Positions 54,229-64,000 of a stretch of 64,000 nt of DNA are shown here, piece after piece. The translations under genes and the position numbers were made by a program. Origin of the DNA: an uncultured Capnocytophaga sp. (GTDB taxonomy: Bacteria; Bacteroidota; Bacteroidia; Flavobacteriales; Flavobacteriaceae); assembly GCA_963528845.1 (NCBI GenBank), contig CAURXJ010000001.1, positions 103,378 to 167,377 of the forward strand. The letters run 5' to 3'. Numbering within the stretch: position 1 is the first letter of the stretch; each line of letters starts with the position of its first letter. A model generated the notes under the pieces. It did no database searches and was not told the origin of the DNA. It worked only from the letters and a program-made list of their open reading frames with translations.

Positions 54229-54489
54229 ATGAATGCCTTAACCCCTCAATTCCTTAACGATGAAGACGGCAACGCTATGTATGCTGTGCTTCCTATAGCG
54301 CAATACAACGAGCTCTTAAGCCGAGCGATGGAGGAAGAAACCGATTTTTATTATGAACTCACTGATGAGGAAATCGCCTATTTTGAGAGAGCAGAACAGC
54401 TATCAAAAGAAGGAAAAGTTGTCAGTAGTGAGGAAGTACGTAAAAAAGTAAGAGAAAAATATGGTAGTAAAATGGCTGATAGAAGCTGA
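54229..54489 (+). CDS. Putative type II antitoxin
   Basis: 86 aa acidic protein with QFLNDEDG...AVLPI..Y N-terminus and GKVVSSEEV C-terminus; overlaps the downstream toxin gene. Confidence 0.7.
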   Translation: MNALTPQFLNDEDGNAMYAVLPIAQYNELLSRAMEEETDFYYELTDEEIAYFERAEQLSKEGKVVSSEEVRKKVREKYGSKMADRS

Positions 54490-54754
54490 AAGTAAGTACT
54501 ATGAAACGCTTGACTATTGGGAGGAACATAATGGTTCTTTTAATTATTCCCTTAAGATAATCCAAGCTGTTGAAAATTTGGAGGATAATCTCGCCGAAAA
54601 CCCCTATTTTTCAGCTAAGTATAGTAAGAAATTAGATTTGTACAAAAGATTCTTTCTAAATGGAAGATTTGCGCTTTATTATAAAGTAGATGAAGAAAAT
54701 CAGACTGTAGAGATAAGAGATTTCAGAAGTACTAAGCAACTACCTGTTTTTTAA
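54461..54754 (+). CDS. RelE/ParE family type II toxin
   Basis: 97 aa; V.W...A, L..NP, and ALYYKVDE...VEI..F pattern typical of RelE/ParE. Confidence 0.8.
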   Translation: MVVKWLIEAESKYYETLDYWEEHNGSFNYSLKIIQAVENLEDNLAENPYFSAKYSKKLDLYKRFFLNGRFALYYKVDEENQTVEIRDFRSTKQLPVF

Positions 54755-54782
54755 TCTTATAACCCTTTTAACCCTTAAATGA

Positions 54783-57700
54783 ATGATCAAGCAAGAACAA
54801 GCCGAAAAGTTCCTAGCCAAGTATGAGCCAAAGGAACTCAAAGAAGCCGATTTAGCTTCTTTCTCCGCTCCCTATCAGCAGTTGGGTGCGTATATTACTG
54901 GCCTTATGGAATATGAAGAAATAGGAGCTTTCGAACAAGAGTTTGCCTCCTACAATTTCCCTGATAAGCTCTGGGAGAGCAAGGAAGGAAAGGCACTTGC
55001 CTTGCTACTCTTTGGTAAGGAAATAGCCCCTTACGCGCAGCGTGTCTGGGACTCTCTGCTGGCCTATCCCTACCTAAGATGGTGGGGGCGTCGCCCTTTC
55101 CGCTCGGAAAATCCTGCCGACTATACCGAGGTGCAACTCTCTAAGATGTCTACACTGCATAACTATTATGGCTCAGGGGTGGGCGTGTTGCCTATAGCCG
55201 AGCAATTCCAATATGTGATCTATAGGGAGTATAATGTGGAGGAGTTCTTTGCTTTGGTGCTTTCAGAGAATCCTGATGCTTACTATGCGCTTTTTAAGGA
55301 CATTTTCTCCAGCGAACACGAGATAGGGGGCGTATGTACCGTACTGATTAAGGCCGCCCTAATGGTGGAAGATACGCGTTACCGCACTTTGGTGGAGAAA
55401 CTTCTTTTAGCCGCTCAGCTTCAGGAAGGCTTGAGACAAACAATCTTGGAATCCTTGGACGGCACCTCTTTGGCTTCCTTACAGCACTTTATAGGAGTCA
55501 TTCTCCAGCACAACCTCACCCGCTTTAGCAGTGTGGTACGTGCGGTAGATGTATGGTTTGGTTTTGGCTGGGAAGCCCCCCAACAGCCGGTGATCAAGCG
55601 TACTTTGGAGCTGGCACAAACCTTCCTTGCTGATCACACAGCTGCTGAGAAAGCAGTGAGTAGTAAGGACAATATAGAACGCTATGTCGCCCTATGGGCG
55701 GTGGGGGTACACAGTGTACAACAGGCTATCAGCTTAGCGGTGAAGGCAATCCAAGACCCTCAGACAAGTCATGAGGGGCGTATCGTTACCCTCTACTTTG
55801 TACGAGAAACTGGAAGAACCGACTGGGAGATAGCCACTTATGCGGAAAACCATTTCGGAGAAGCGGCTGATTTGGACTGTTGGCTCTTGCAGAACCTCCC
55901 CGAGGGCAGCCTCTCCCCATTGCTTTTTGACCGTATGCAGGCGGTTGCCAAGGCGCTACCTAAGGAGGGCAAACACTTTGAGGGTGTGGGCTTCCGTTGG
56001 CTCAACTTTACCCTAAAGTCGCAGGATATCTACCGATTTCTCATAGGTGAGGCCAATGAGGAGCAACAAGAACACTTGGCAGGTGAACTCTCGGAAATTC
56101 CTGTAGAGGTGCGCCAGAACCTTCTGCAGAATGTGTATCCAGTGCTGGGTCGCGGGCGCTACTATTACGAGAGTCCAGCAGAGAAGAAAAAGAAACCTGA
56201 AAAATATCCAGCCGACTCTTGGCAGCGTGCCTTGGTACGTACCGCCCTAAATGATAAAGCTTCTTATGTAGCCGAGATTGCTTTTGAGATTCTTAAGAAA
56301 GTACCTTTAGTGCATGACGATATCTTGGCGATAGAGCAGGTACTCTCCCGCAAGAACAAGGAACAGCGCAAGGAGAGTGTGGCACTACTTATCAAACAAC
56401 CCGAAGCAGTACTTAAGGATAGTACTTCTCGTATGATTGTCTCCAAGAGTGCCGACCAGCGCTTGGCGGCTTTGGAAATCTTGACTGTACTTCAGGAGGA
56501 AGAAAGGCTTACCGATTATGTAACTGAGCAAGTAGAAGCCTATAAGGGTCGTAAGCTCACCAAGAACGAGCAGGTGCTAATGGACAAGCTCGCCTACAAC
56601 CTTGATGAGACAGGGGAGCAGCGCTATGACCTCTCCAATGGTTTTGGCGTGATTGATTTTGACAGGCTTACGCCTTTTGCCTTGCCTCAGCCTCAGTTTG
56701 ATAAGGAGCGCAAGGAAAAAAAGGGCTTCCTCTTTGACAAAATCATAAGGGTGGAGAAAGTACGAGAAGCCCTTAACGACCTATTAGCCCTATGGCGCAA
56801 GAACAAAGACTACGAATATGCTTGTGAGTGGTACCAAGGGGAAACAAGGACACAGCTACTGGGGCAACAAATCTATCGAATGCATGCTACCAAAGAGGGC
56901 GAAACCCCTATGGAGGTGCTCGAAGATTATCCTTTGGCAGCGCTGTGGAAAGACTGGCACCAAAAGCACCAGCTCAATGAGATAGAGTACCAGTATGCAA
57001 TCCGCTATTGTCAAAATCTTTATTATGAAAACAAAGTACCCAAGCAACTAAAGGACTATCTGGCAGGCTATTATCCTGACTTTAAGGTAGCTTTCAAGGG
57101 TGATTTGGGAAATTATTACGACAGTGAAGCCCGCCGCTTGGAAGATCTTTTGACCCCTATAAGCGAGGCTTATGCCCAGGACAAGGCGTTTTTGGCCAGC
57201 TTCAAGCTCTCTGTTTTTGAAGATGTGTTGGCTACCTATCCACCTGAAAAGCGCCACATAACCATAGAGCGTGATTACGAAGATTTGAGCTGGACAGATG
57301 TCATCCAAGACTATGTCATCTCTATAGACCAAGATGAAGAAGGGGATATAGAATACTATACCCCTGAGCAGCGCTTTAAGCTCTGGCAGTTGCTTTACTA
57401 CACTTATGCCCAAAAACAAACTAAGAACGACCTTTCTTCTTATACCCCTCAGAGCGTACTGACAGGGCTACGTGCCAAGGTACGTGAGGACGAACGCCTA
57501 CCAGGGATAGGAGGAAGTCTGATGGGGCTTACCCTGAACCTCTACCAAAAAGGCCAACTCTCGGCAGATGACCTCTTGTTCTTCTGCCTTTTGGAGGACG
57601 AACTCTTTACCATAGTCCAAGGAGAAGAAAACTACTTCTACCGAAGACTGCCTGAGGCACTCAAAACTTCGCTTACCTTCCCCGACACCCAGCTGGAGCA

Positions 57701-59792
57701 GCTCAAAACACGTATGCTCCAGTTAGAACTACAACGTGGCGACCTACCTACCGATGCTTCTATCTATATACAATACCTCCAAGAGGTAGAGGGCATGCAC
57801 TACTTCTTTGAGGCCTTGGAGCGTATGGGCAAGGAGCCTTTTACTAAGGGCTATTACTACGGCAGTAGTGTGACCAAGCGCCATACTTTTAGCCATATCT
57901 TGCAGGTGAGCCAGCCGAGTGCGACGGATACTTTTGCAGCCTTTAAGGCACATCTGGACAAGACCAAAATCACCGACAAGCGCTTGGTGGAAGTTGCTTG
58001 TTACGCCCTACATTGGGCTGACTGGATAGGGGACTACCTCCAGATCAAGGACTTCAAGGAGGCTATTTGGTGGTTTATCGCTCATACCACTGATTATATG
58101 GACGCAGAGAAAGAAACGATTGTCTCCCAATACTCTACTGTACCACGTGATGACTTCCAGCGTGGAGCTATAGATGTGGATTGGTATCACCGCATACATC
58201 AGTCAGTAGGCAAAGAGGGCTGGAAACTGATCCAAGAGTCGGCCAAGTACCTCTCCGAGGGTATGGGGTATCGCCGCGTAAAGCTCTATTCTGCGGTGCT
58301 TACAGGCGAGATTAAGTTGGACGAAGTCATCCAAAAAATCACCGAAAAGCGCGACAAAGACTATGTGATGGCATTGGGTCTGGTGCCTATCAACAAGAAA
58401 AAAGAAGAGGAAGACTTAGTACATCGCTATAACCTCTTGCAAACCTTCCTCAAGGAAAGCAAGCAGTTCGGTCAGCAGCGCCAAGAGAGCGAGAAGAATG
58501 CCGTGGAGATAGGCTTGGATAATCTCTCCCGCAATGCAGGCTATGAAGATAGTATCCGCTTTAGCTGGGCAATGGAGGCCAAGGCTACCCAACAGATTAT
58601 GGAAAAAGCCACCCTCACCTTGGACGATACTACGATTAGGCTGGTGATTGACGATCAAGGCAAGGCAGAGCTGGAAGTCACCAAAGGCGACAAGACCCTC
58701 AAGTCTGTCCCTGATAAGTATAAGAAAGACAAGCAGGTAGAATCCCTTAAGGAAGGAAAAACCTACCTAACCAAGCAGTACAGCCGTACCCGCCTATCTT
58801 TAGAACAAGCAATGCTCTCCCAAACCTTATTCTCTGTAGCGGAGCTCAATAGAATTATGGAACACCCTGTGGTAAAGGCTATGCTGAGCAAGCTCGTGCT
58901 GTTCAATCCAGAGACACAGGCTTCAGGCTTTTGGCAAGATGGCAAGCTAATCAGTGCAGAAGGAGAGAAGGTTACACTCAAAGCGGAAGACAAACTCCTG
59001 ATTGCCCACCCAAGCCATTTGTTCTATGCGGTACAATGGGATTTGTACCAAAAGTATCTGTTTGACAAGGAACTCAAACAACCTTTCAAGCAGGTATTCC
59101 GAGAATTGTATATTCCTACTAAGGATGAGCTGGAGACCAGTAACCGCAGTGAGCGCTACCAAGGTCACCAAGTACAACCTCAGAAGACAGTGGCGCTGCT
59201 CCGTGGTCGTGGCTGGACAGTCAATTATGAGGAGGGACTCCAAAGAGTATATCATAAGGAAGGATTCCGTGCGACGATCTATGCGGCAGCTGACTGGTAT
59301 ACCCCTTCGGATGTAGAAGCACCAACTCTGGAATATGTAGTCTTCTACAGCCTTAAGGATGGCAAGGAAGTACCGATGAAGGAGATAAACCCAGTAATCT
59401 TCAGCGAGGTGATGCGCGATGTGGATTTGGTGGTGAGTGTAGCTCACGTAGGAGGAGTAGATCCTGAAGCAAGTCATAGTACTATGCAGATGAGAGCAGC
59501 CTTGGCTAGAGAGAGTGCGCGCCTCTTTAAGCTCACCAATGTGGAGGTTAAGGAGCGACATATCCTTGTCAAGGGCAAGCTGGGCGAGTACAGCATCCAC
59601 TTGGGCAGCGGTATGGTAAGCCGAGGGGGCTTGCAGCTGAGCATCCTTGCGGTACAGAGCCAGCACCGCGGACGGGTATTCCTACCTTTTGTGGACGACG
59701 ATCCCAAGTCGGCAGAGATTATCTCCAAGATGCGCCTACTTGCCGAGGACGACAAGATCAAGGATCCTACAATACTTAGCCAGATTAAGTAA
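54783..59792 (+). CDS. Giant helical DUF4132-type protein (1669 aa), paralog 1
   Basis: LQEGLRQTILE, RFSSVVRA..VW, ESKQFGQQRQ, QPFKQVFRELY, FSEVMRDVDLVVSVAH and FLPFVDDDPK motifs typical of DUF4132-family proteins. Confidence 0.85.
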   Translation: MIKQEQAEKFLAKYEPKELKEADLASFSAPYQQLGAYITGLMEYEEIGAFEQEFASYNFPDKLWESKEGKALALLLFGKEIAPYAQRVWDSLLAYPYLRWWGRRPFRSENPADYTEVQLSKMSTLHNYYGSGVGVLPIAEQFQYVIYREYNVEEFFALVLSENPDAYYALFKDIFSSEHEIGGVCTVLIKAALMVEDTRYRTLVEKLLLAAQLQEGLRQTILESLDGTSLASLQHFIGVILQHNLTRFSSVVRAVDVWFGFGWEAPQQPVIKRTLELAQTFLADHTAAEKAVSSKDNIERYVALWAVGVHSVQQAISLAVKAIQDPQTSHEGRIVTLYFVRETGRTDWEIATYAENHFGEAADLDCWLLQNLPEGSLSPLLFDRMQAVAKALPKEGKHFEGVGFRWLNFTLKSQDIYRFLIGEANEEQQEHLAGELSEIPVEVRQNLLQNVYPVLGRGRYYYESPAEKKKKPEKYPADSWQRALVRTALNDKASYVAEIAFEILKKVPLVHDDILAIEQVLSRKNKEQRKESVALLIKQPEAVLKDSTSRMIVSKSADQRLAALEILTVLQEEERLTDYVTEQVEAYKGRKLTKNEQVLMDKLAYNLDETGEQRYDLSNGFGVIDFDRLTPFALPQPQFDKERKEKKGFLFDKIIRVEKVREALNDLLALWRKNKDYEYACEWYQGETRTQLLGQQIYRMHATKEGETPMEVLEDYPLAALWKDWHQKHQLNEIEYQYAIRYCQNLYYENKVPKQLKDYLAGYYPDFKVAFKGDLGNYYDSEARRLEDLLTPISEAYAQDKAFLASFKLSVFEDVLATYPPEKRHITIERDYEDLSWTDVIQDYVISIDQDEEGDIEYYTPEQRFKLWQLLYYTYAQKQTKNDLSSYTPQSVLTGLRAKVREDERLPGIGGSLMGLTLNLYQKGQLSADDLLFFCLLEDELFTIVQGEENYFYRRLPEALKTSLTFPDTQLEQLKTRMLQLELQRGDLPTDASIYIQYLQEVEGMHYFFEALERMGKEPFTKGYYYGSSVTKRHTFSHILQVSQPSATDTFAAFKAHLDKTKITDKRLVEVACYALHWADWIGDYLQIKDFKEAIWWFIAHTTDYMDAEKETIVSQYSTVPRDDFQRGAIDVDWYHRIHQSVGKEGWKLIQESAKYLSEGMGYRRVKLYSAVLTGEIKLDEVIQKITEKRDKDYVMALGLVPINKKKEEEDLVHRYNLLQTFLKESKQFGQQRQESEKNAVEIGLDNLSRNAGYEDSIRFSWAMEAKATQQIMEKATLTLDDTTIRLVIDDQGKAELEVTKGDKTLKSVPDKYKKDKQVESLKEGKTYLTKQYSRTRLSLEQAMLSQTLFSVAELNRIMEHPVVKAMLSKLVLFNPETQASGFWQDGKLISAEGEKVTLKAEDKLLIAHPSHLFYAVQWDLYQKYLFDKELKQPFKQVFRELYIPTKDELETSNRSERYQGHQVQPQKTVALLRGRGWTVNYEEGLQRVYHKEGFRATIYAAADWYTPSDVEAPTLEYVVFYSLKDGKEVPMKEINPVIFSEVMRDVDLVVSVAHVGGVDPEASHSTMQMRAALARESARLFKLTNVEVKERHILVKGKLGEYSIHLGSGMVSRGGLQLSILAVQSQHRGRVFLPFVDDDPKSAEIISKMRLLAEDDKIKDPTILSQIK

Positions 59793-59805
59793 GCCGTAAG
59801 CAGAA

Positions 59806-59831
59806 GTCATTAACCATTAATCATTAACATT
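59806..59831. repeat. AATCATT/AACCATT heptamer tract before the second DUF4132 gene
   Basis: gtcatt aaccatt aatcatt aacatt, immediately before the ATG. Confidence 0.75.
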
Positions 59832-62800
59832 ATGATCGAACGAGAACAAGTAAATCAATACCTTGCTCCTTTCAAAGCAAAAGAACTTAAAAAAGAGGAT
59901 TTAGCTTCTTTTTCTCAATCCTATCAAAAGTTGGGGGAGTACATCCTTAATAAGCCGTCCTCTAAGGAACAGCGACATCTTGAAGATAACTTTTCCTCTT
60001 TCGGGTTCCCTGACAAGCTATGGGAAACCAAAGAAGGGAAGGCCTTGGCGGCACTTCTTTTCAGTGAGGTGCAAGCTCCGTATATACAGCGTGTCTGGGA
60101 TATTGCCTACCAGTTTCCCTATAGCTACACTTATAATCGACGTCCTTTCCGCTCTCCCAACCCAGAGGACTATAGGGTGGAACAGCTCAGAACCCTCAAA
60201 AGACTTCGTTCTTTCTATAACGTAGGAGTAGGAGCCCTATCTGTGGAAGAACAATTCCAGTATGCCTTCTACAAAGGAGGAGAAGAAGATTTCTTTGTTG
60301 TGGTGCTCTCCGAGAATCCCGATGCCTATTATCCGCTCTTTGAGGAGATTTTTTTTGGTGAACACGAGATAGGAGGGGTGTGCGAATCACTTATCAAGGC
60401 AGCTCTGATGGTGAAGGACACGCGCTACCATACTTTGGTAGAGAAGCTCCTTTTGGCCGCCCAGCTTCAGGAGGGACTTCGGCAGACTATCTTGGAATCC
60501 TTGGACGGAGCGACTGTTCCAGTGCTTCAGTGCTTTATAGCACTTGTCTTGGAGCACAACCTCACTCGCTTTAGCAGTGTGGTACGAGCGGTAGATGTAT
60601 GGTTTGGTTTTGGCTGGGAAGCTCCTCAGCAAGCGGTGGTCAAACGAACTTTGGAGTTAGCACAGACCTATTTGGCGGATTTGGATAAAGCACGTGAAGC
60701 GGTTGGTAGCAAAGATAATGTAGAACGTTATGTAGCCCTATGGGCAGTGGCCGTTTATAATGTACAGGAGGCACTAAGCCTTGCTACAGAAGCTCTGAAC
60801 AATACCCAGACCAGCTATGAGGCTTGTGTGGCAGTGCTTTATTTTATGTACCAGACCCAAAAGAAAACCGCTGAGATTCTCCCCTTTGCAGAGAAATACT
60901 TCGGGATAGAACCGGCTTGGGATTATTGGATTTTACAAAATCTTCCTAAGGGAGAGATTCCACAAGAACTGTTTGAGAAAATGCGTACAGCAGCACACAA
61001 ACTCCCTAAGGATGGTAAAAATTTTGAAGGGCTCGGCTTCCGTTGGCTCAATTTTACAGTAAAACCTTTGGATATTTATCAGTCTGTACTCAAGGTAGCC
61101 AACGAACAACAGCAACAGATTTTGGCAGGAGAACTTGCTGAGATTCCTGTCGATGTACGCCATATCCTACTCGACGATATCTTCCCTGTGCTCTCTCGCT
61201 GGAGCAGTCATACCTATTATAATAATGATAAAGAAGATAATACCCCTCCTGAGGACTATTCAGCCGACTCTTGGCAACGTACCTTGGTGCGTACTGCCCT
61301 GAATGACAAGGGACCCTATGTGGTGAGCAAAGCGATGGAGATTCTCAAGAAAGTGCCTTTGGTCAAGGACGATATCCTCGCCCTTGAGCAGGTACTCTCC
61401 CGCAAGAACAAAGAACAACGCAAGGAGAGTGTGGCGCTACTGGTCAAGCAACCCGAAGCGGTACTTAAGGATAGTACCTCCCGTATGATTGTCTCCAAGA
61501 ATGCCGACCAGCGCTTGGCAGCTTTGGAAATTCTCACCGTACTCCAAGAAGAACAAAGGCTCACCGACTATGTTACCGAACAAGTGGAAGCCTATAAGGG
61601 GCGTAAGCTCTCCAAGAACGAGCAGGTACTGATGGACAAGCTCACTTATAATCCCGAAACGGCTACCGAGCTACGCTATGACCTTACCAATGGTTTTGGA
61701 GTGCTCAACTTGGACAACCTAACTTCCTTTGATCTTCCTAAGCCTCAGTTTGATAAGGAACGCAAAGAGAAAAAAGGAGGTTTTCTCTTTGACAAGCTTG
61801 TAAATATACAAAAAGTAGGAGAGGGGGTCAGCGAACTTTTGGCTTTGTGGCGTGCCAACAAGGATTACGAATACCAGTACGAAGGCTATCAGGGAGCTAC
61901 CGAGACAATCCTCTTAGGCAATGTCATCAGGCGCCAGCACAAAGGCAAGGATGATGAGACTCCTATGGAGATACTCGAAGACCTGCCATTGGCCGACCTA
62001 TGGAAAGGCTGGCATGAGAAATACCAGTTCAATGAGGTTGAGTATTACTTTGCCAAACGTTATTGCGGCAATCTCTACTATGAAAACGCAATACCTCAAG
62101 GCTTAGATGATTATTTGGCTATGTATTACCCTGACTTCAAGGTGCGTTTTGAGGGGCAAGTACATAGCTACTATGGAGAAGCCCGTAGGGCAGAAAGCCT
62201 ATTAGGCTATCTGATGAATGCTTATAGTGAAGACAGAGCGCTTTTGGCAAGCTTTAAGCTTTCTGTTTTTGAAGATGCTTTGGCTACTTTTCCCAAGGAA
62301 AAGCGCGGGGAGATCTACAAGCGCGGTTATTCTTCCTTGGATTGGGACGATGTAGTGACGGATTATGCCGCCGTAGTCTATTATGGGGACGATGGAGACT
62401 TCCCTTATTATACCGATGATCAGCTCTTTAGGCTTTGGCAAATCCTCTATTACCTATATATAGAAGTAAAGAAGGACTTAGATGCCCAGAAGAATACGAT
62501 AAAAGATGTTCTTCCTTATGTACGCAACTTTGTACGCCGAGAAGAGCGCCTGCCTGGCATCAACGAAGGCTTGCTACAACTGACTCTCATGCTCTATAAC
62601 AAGGGCAGACTTACCACCGATGATCTTATTTTCTTCTGCTTGCTCAATAATGAGTTGTTTGCTATGGCACAAGGAGCAGAAAATCACTTTAGCCGACGAT
62701 TGCCTAAGTGGATCAAGGATACCCTTACTTTCCCTGAGATCCTCTTGGAAGAGATCAGAACCCATATGCTCCAAGTAGAATTACAGCGTGGCGACTTGCC

Positions 62801-64000
62801 TACCGATGCCTCCGTATATATCAGTTCACTCAGTGAGATAGAGGGTGCCCAATACTTCTTTGAAGCCTTGGAACGTATGGGCAAGGAACCTTTTGCTAAG
62901 GGTTATGGTAGTGGAGTGAGTAAGCGCTTTACTTTTAGCCGTATCTTGGAAGTAAGCCAACCGAGTGCTACCGATACTTTCACTGCCTTTAAGAAACACT
63001 TGGATGAGGTAAAGCTTGATAAGAAGCGCCTTGTGGAAGCGGCCTGCTATGCGCCTCACTGGACAGAGTGGATTGGTGACTACCTCAAGATCAAAAGTTT
63101 CCGTGAGGCTGTCTGGTGGTTTATCGCTCATACCACCGACTATATGGATGCAGAGAAAGAAACTATCGTATCTCAATATTCTGTTGTGCCGAAGGATGAC
63201 TTCCAACGGGGAGCCATTGATGTGGATTGGTACCAACGTGTCCATAAGGCGGTGGGCAAGGAAGGATGGAAGCTTATCCAAGAGTCGGCCAAGTATCTCT
63301 CCGAAGGTATGGGCTATCGCCGTGTAAAGCTCTATTCAGCGGTGCTTACAGGCGAGATTAAGCTAAGCGAAGTCATTCAGAAAATCACTGAAAAGCGAGA
63401 CAAAGACTATGTCATGGCATTGGGTCTGGTGCCTATCAACAAGAAAAAAGAAGAGGAAGACTTAGTCAGCCGCTATAACCTCTTGCAAACCTTCCTCAAG
63501 GAAAGCAAACAGTTCGGGCAACAGCGCCAAGAGAGCGAGAAGAACGCCGTGGAGATAGGCTTGGATAACCTCTCCCGCAATGCAGGCTATGAGGATAGTA
63601 TCCGCTTTAGCTGGGCGATGGAGGCAAAGGCTACCCAACAGATTATGGAGAAATCTACCCTTGTTATAGACGACACTCAGCTCCAGTTGGTGGTTGATGA
63701 GGAGGGCAAGGCTGATATTATCGTTACCAAAGGCGACAAGACCCTTAAGTCTATCCCTGATAAGTATAAGAAAAGCAAGGATGTAGAAGCCCTTAAGGAA
63801 GGGAAAACCTACCTAACCAAGCAGTACAGCCGTACCCGCCTATCTTTGGAACAAGCGATGCTTAGCCAAACACTCTTTACTGTGGCTGAGCTACATCGTA
63901 TCATGGAACACCCAGTGGTAAGAGCGATGCTGAGCAAGCTGGTACTCTTCAATCCTGAGACACAGGCTTCAGGCTTTTGGCAAGACGGGTATTTGCTCAA
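59832..64000 (+). CDS. Giant DUF4132-type protein, paralog 2 (3' end outside the window)
   Basis: ATG 59832 reads MIEREQVNQYLAPFKAKELKKEDLASFS; the same frame reads TQASGFWQDGYLL at the window end, collinear with paralog 1; no closed ORF in this frame appears in the track. Confidence 0.88.
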   Translation, partial: MIEREQVNQYLAPFKAKELKKEDLASFSQSYQKLGEYILNKPSSKEQRHLEDNFSSFGFPDKLWETKEGKALAALLFSEVQAPYIQRVWDIAYQFPYSYTYNRRPFRSPNPEDYRVEQLRTLKRLRSFYNVGVGALSVEEQFQYAFYKGGEEDFFVVVLSENPDAYYPLFEEIFFGEHEIGGVCESLIKAALMVKDTRYHTLVEKLLLAAQLQEGLRQTILESLDGATVPVLQCFIALVLEHNLTRFSSVVRAVDVWFGFGWEAPQQAVVKRTLELAQTYLADLDKAREAVGSKDNVERYVALWAVAVYNVQEALSLATEALNNTQTSYEACVAVLYFMYQTQKKTAEILPFAEKYFGIEPAWDYWILQNLPKGEIPQELFEKMRTAAHKLPKDGKNFEGLGFRWLNFTVKPLDIYQSVLKVANEQQQQILAGELAEIPVDVRHILLDDIFPVLSRWSSHTYYNNDKEDNTPPEDYSADSWQRTLVRTALNDKGPYVVSKAMEILKKVPLVKDDILALEQVLSRKNKEQRKESVALLVKQPEAVLKDSTSRMIVSKNADQRLAALEILTVLQEEQRLTDYVTEQVEAYKGRKLSKNEQVLMDKLTYNPETATELRYDLTNGFGVLNLDNLTSFDLPKPQFDKERKEKKGGFLFDKLVNIQKVGEGVSELLALWRANKDYEYQYEGYQGATETILLGNVIRRQHKGKDDETPMEILEDLPLADLWKGWHEKYQFNEVEYYFAKRYCGNLYYENAIPQGLDDYLAMYYPDFKVRFEGQVHSYYGEARRAESLLGYLMNAYSEDRALLASFKLSVFEDALATFPKEKRGEIYKRGYSSLDWDDVVTDYAAVVYYGDDGDFPYYTDDQLFRLWQILYYLYIEVKKDLDAQKNTIKDVLPYVRNFVRREERLPGINEGLLQLTLMLYNKGRLTTDDLIFFCLLNNELFAMAQGAENHFSRRLPKWIKDTLTFPEILLEEIRTHMLQVELQRGDLPTDASVYISSLSEIEGAQYFFEALERMGKEPFAKGYGSGVSKRFTFSRILEVSQPSATDTFTAFKKHLDEVKLDKKRLVEAACYAPHWTEWIGDYLKIKSFREAVWWFIAHTTDYMDAEKETIVSQYSVVPKDDFQRGAIDVDWYQRVHKAVGKEGWKLIQESAKYLSEGMGYRRVKLYSAVLTGEIKLSEVIQKITEKRDKDYVMALGLVPINKKKEEEDLVSRYNLLQTFLKESKQFGQQRQESEKNAVEIGLDNLSRNAGYEDSIRFSWAMEAKATQQIMEKSTLVIDDTQLQLVVDEEGKADIIVTKGDKTLKSIPDKYKKSKDVEALKEGKTYLTKQYSRTRLSLEQAMLSQTLFTVAELHRIMEHPVVRAMLSKLVLFNPETQASGFWQDGYLL

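Noticed and set aside
59832..64000. Second DUF4132 copy as a pseudogene because it is absent from the ORF track
   Set aside because: Start and window end are in the same frame and the track has no closed ORF in that frame; it simply lacks a stop inside the window

Overview
A 64 kb chromosomal window from a Flavobacteriaceae bacterium, probably Capnocytophaga. This is inferred from TAnnTTTG promoters, a SusC/SusD locus, a T9SS plug-like gene and a QKD-type lipoprotein export signal. Most of the window is housekeeping: ddl, hemL, gltA-icd-acn, tig-clpP-clpX, asnS, mnmG, typA, recN, tatA, mrp, recJ, ccoG and pgi. Accessory parts are a SusC/SusD/zinc-metallopeptidase/DUF4302 import locus, a Neisseria-like lactate permease, three tandem small membrane paralogs, and a RelE/ParE toxin-antitoxin pair followed by two giant tandem DUF4132-type paralogs. 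The second paralog is missing from the ORF track because it runs off the window. The most striking unannotated signal is a set of degenerate 7-nt tandem-repeat tracts at gene junctions. G-type units follow stop codons and the complementary C-type units precede start codons. The tracts often run into protein C-termini and flank accessory inserts, including an internally deleted four-helix-bundle (23S-IVP-like) pseudogene upstream of mnmG. A GTAG-type REP-like element and a structured UUCG leader upstream of pgi were also seen. No rRNA, tRNA, CRISPR array or transposase was recognised. Product calls rest on motif recognition, not database searches.
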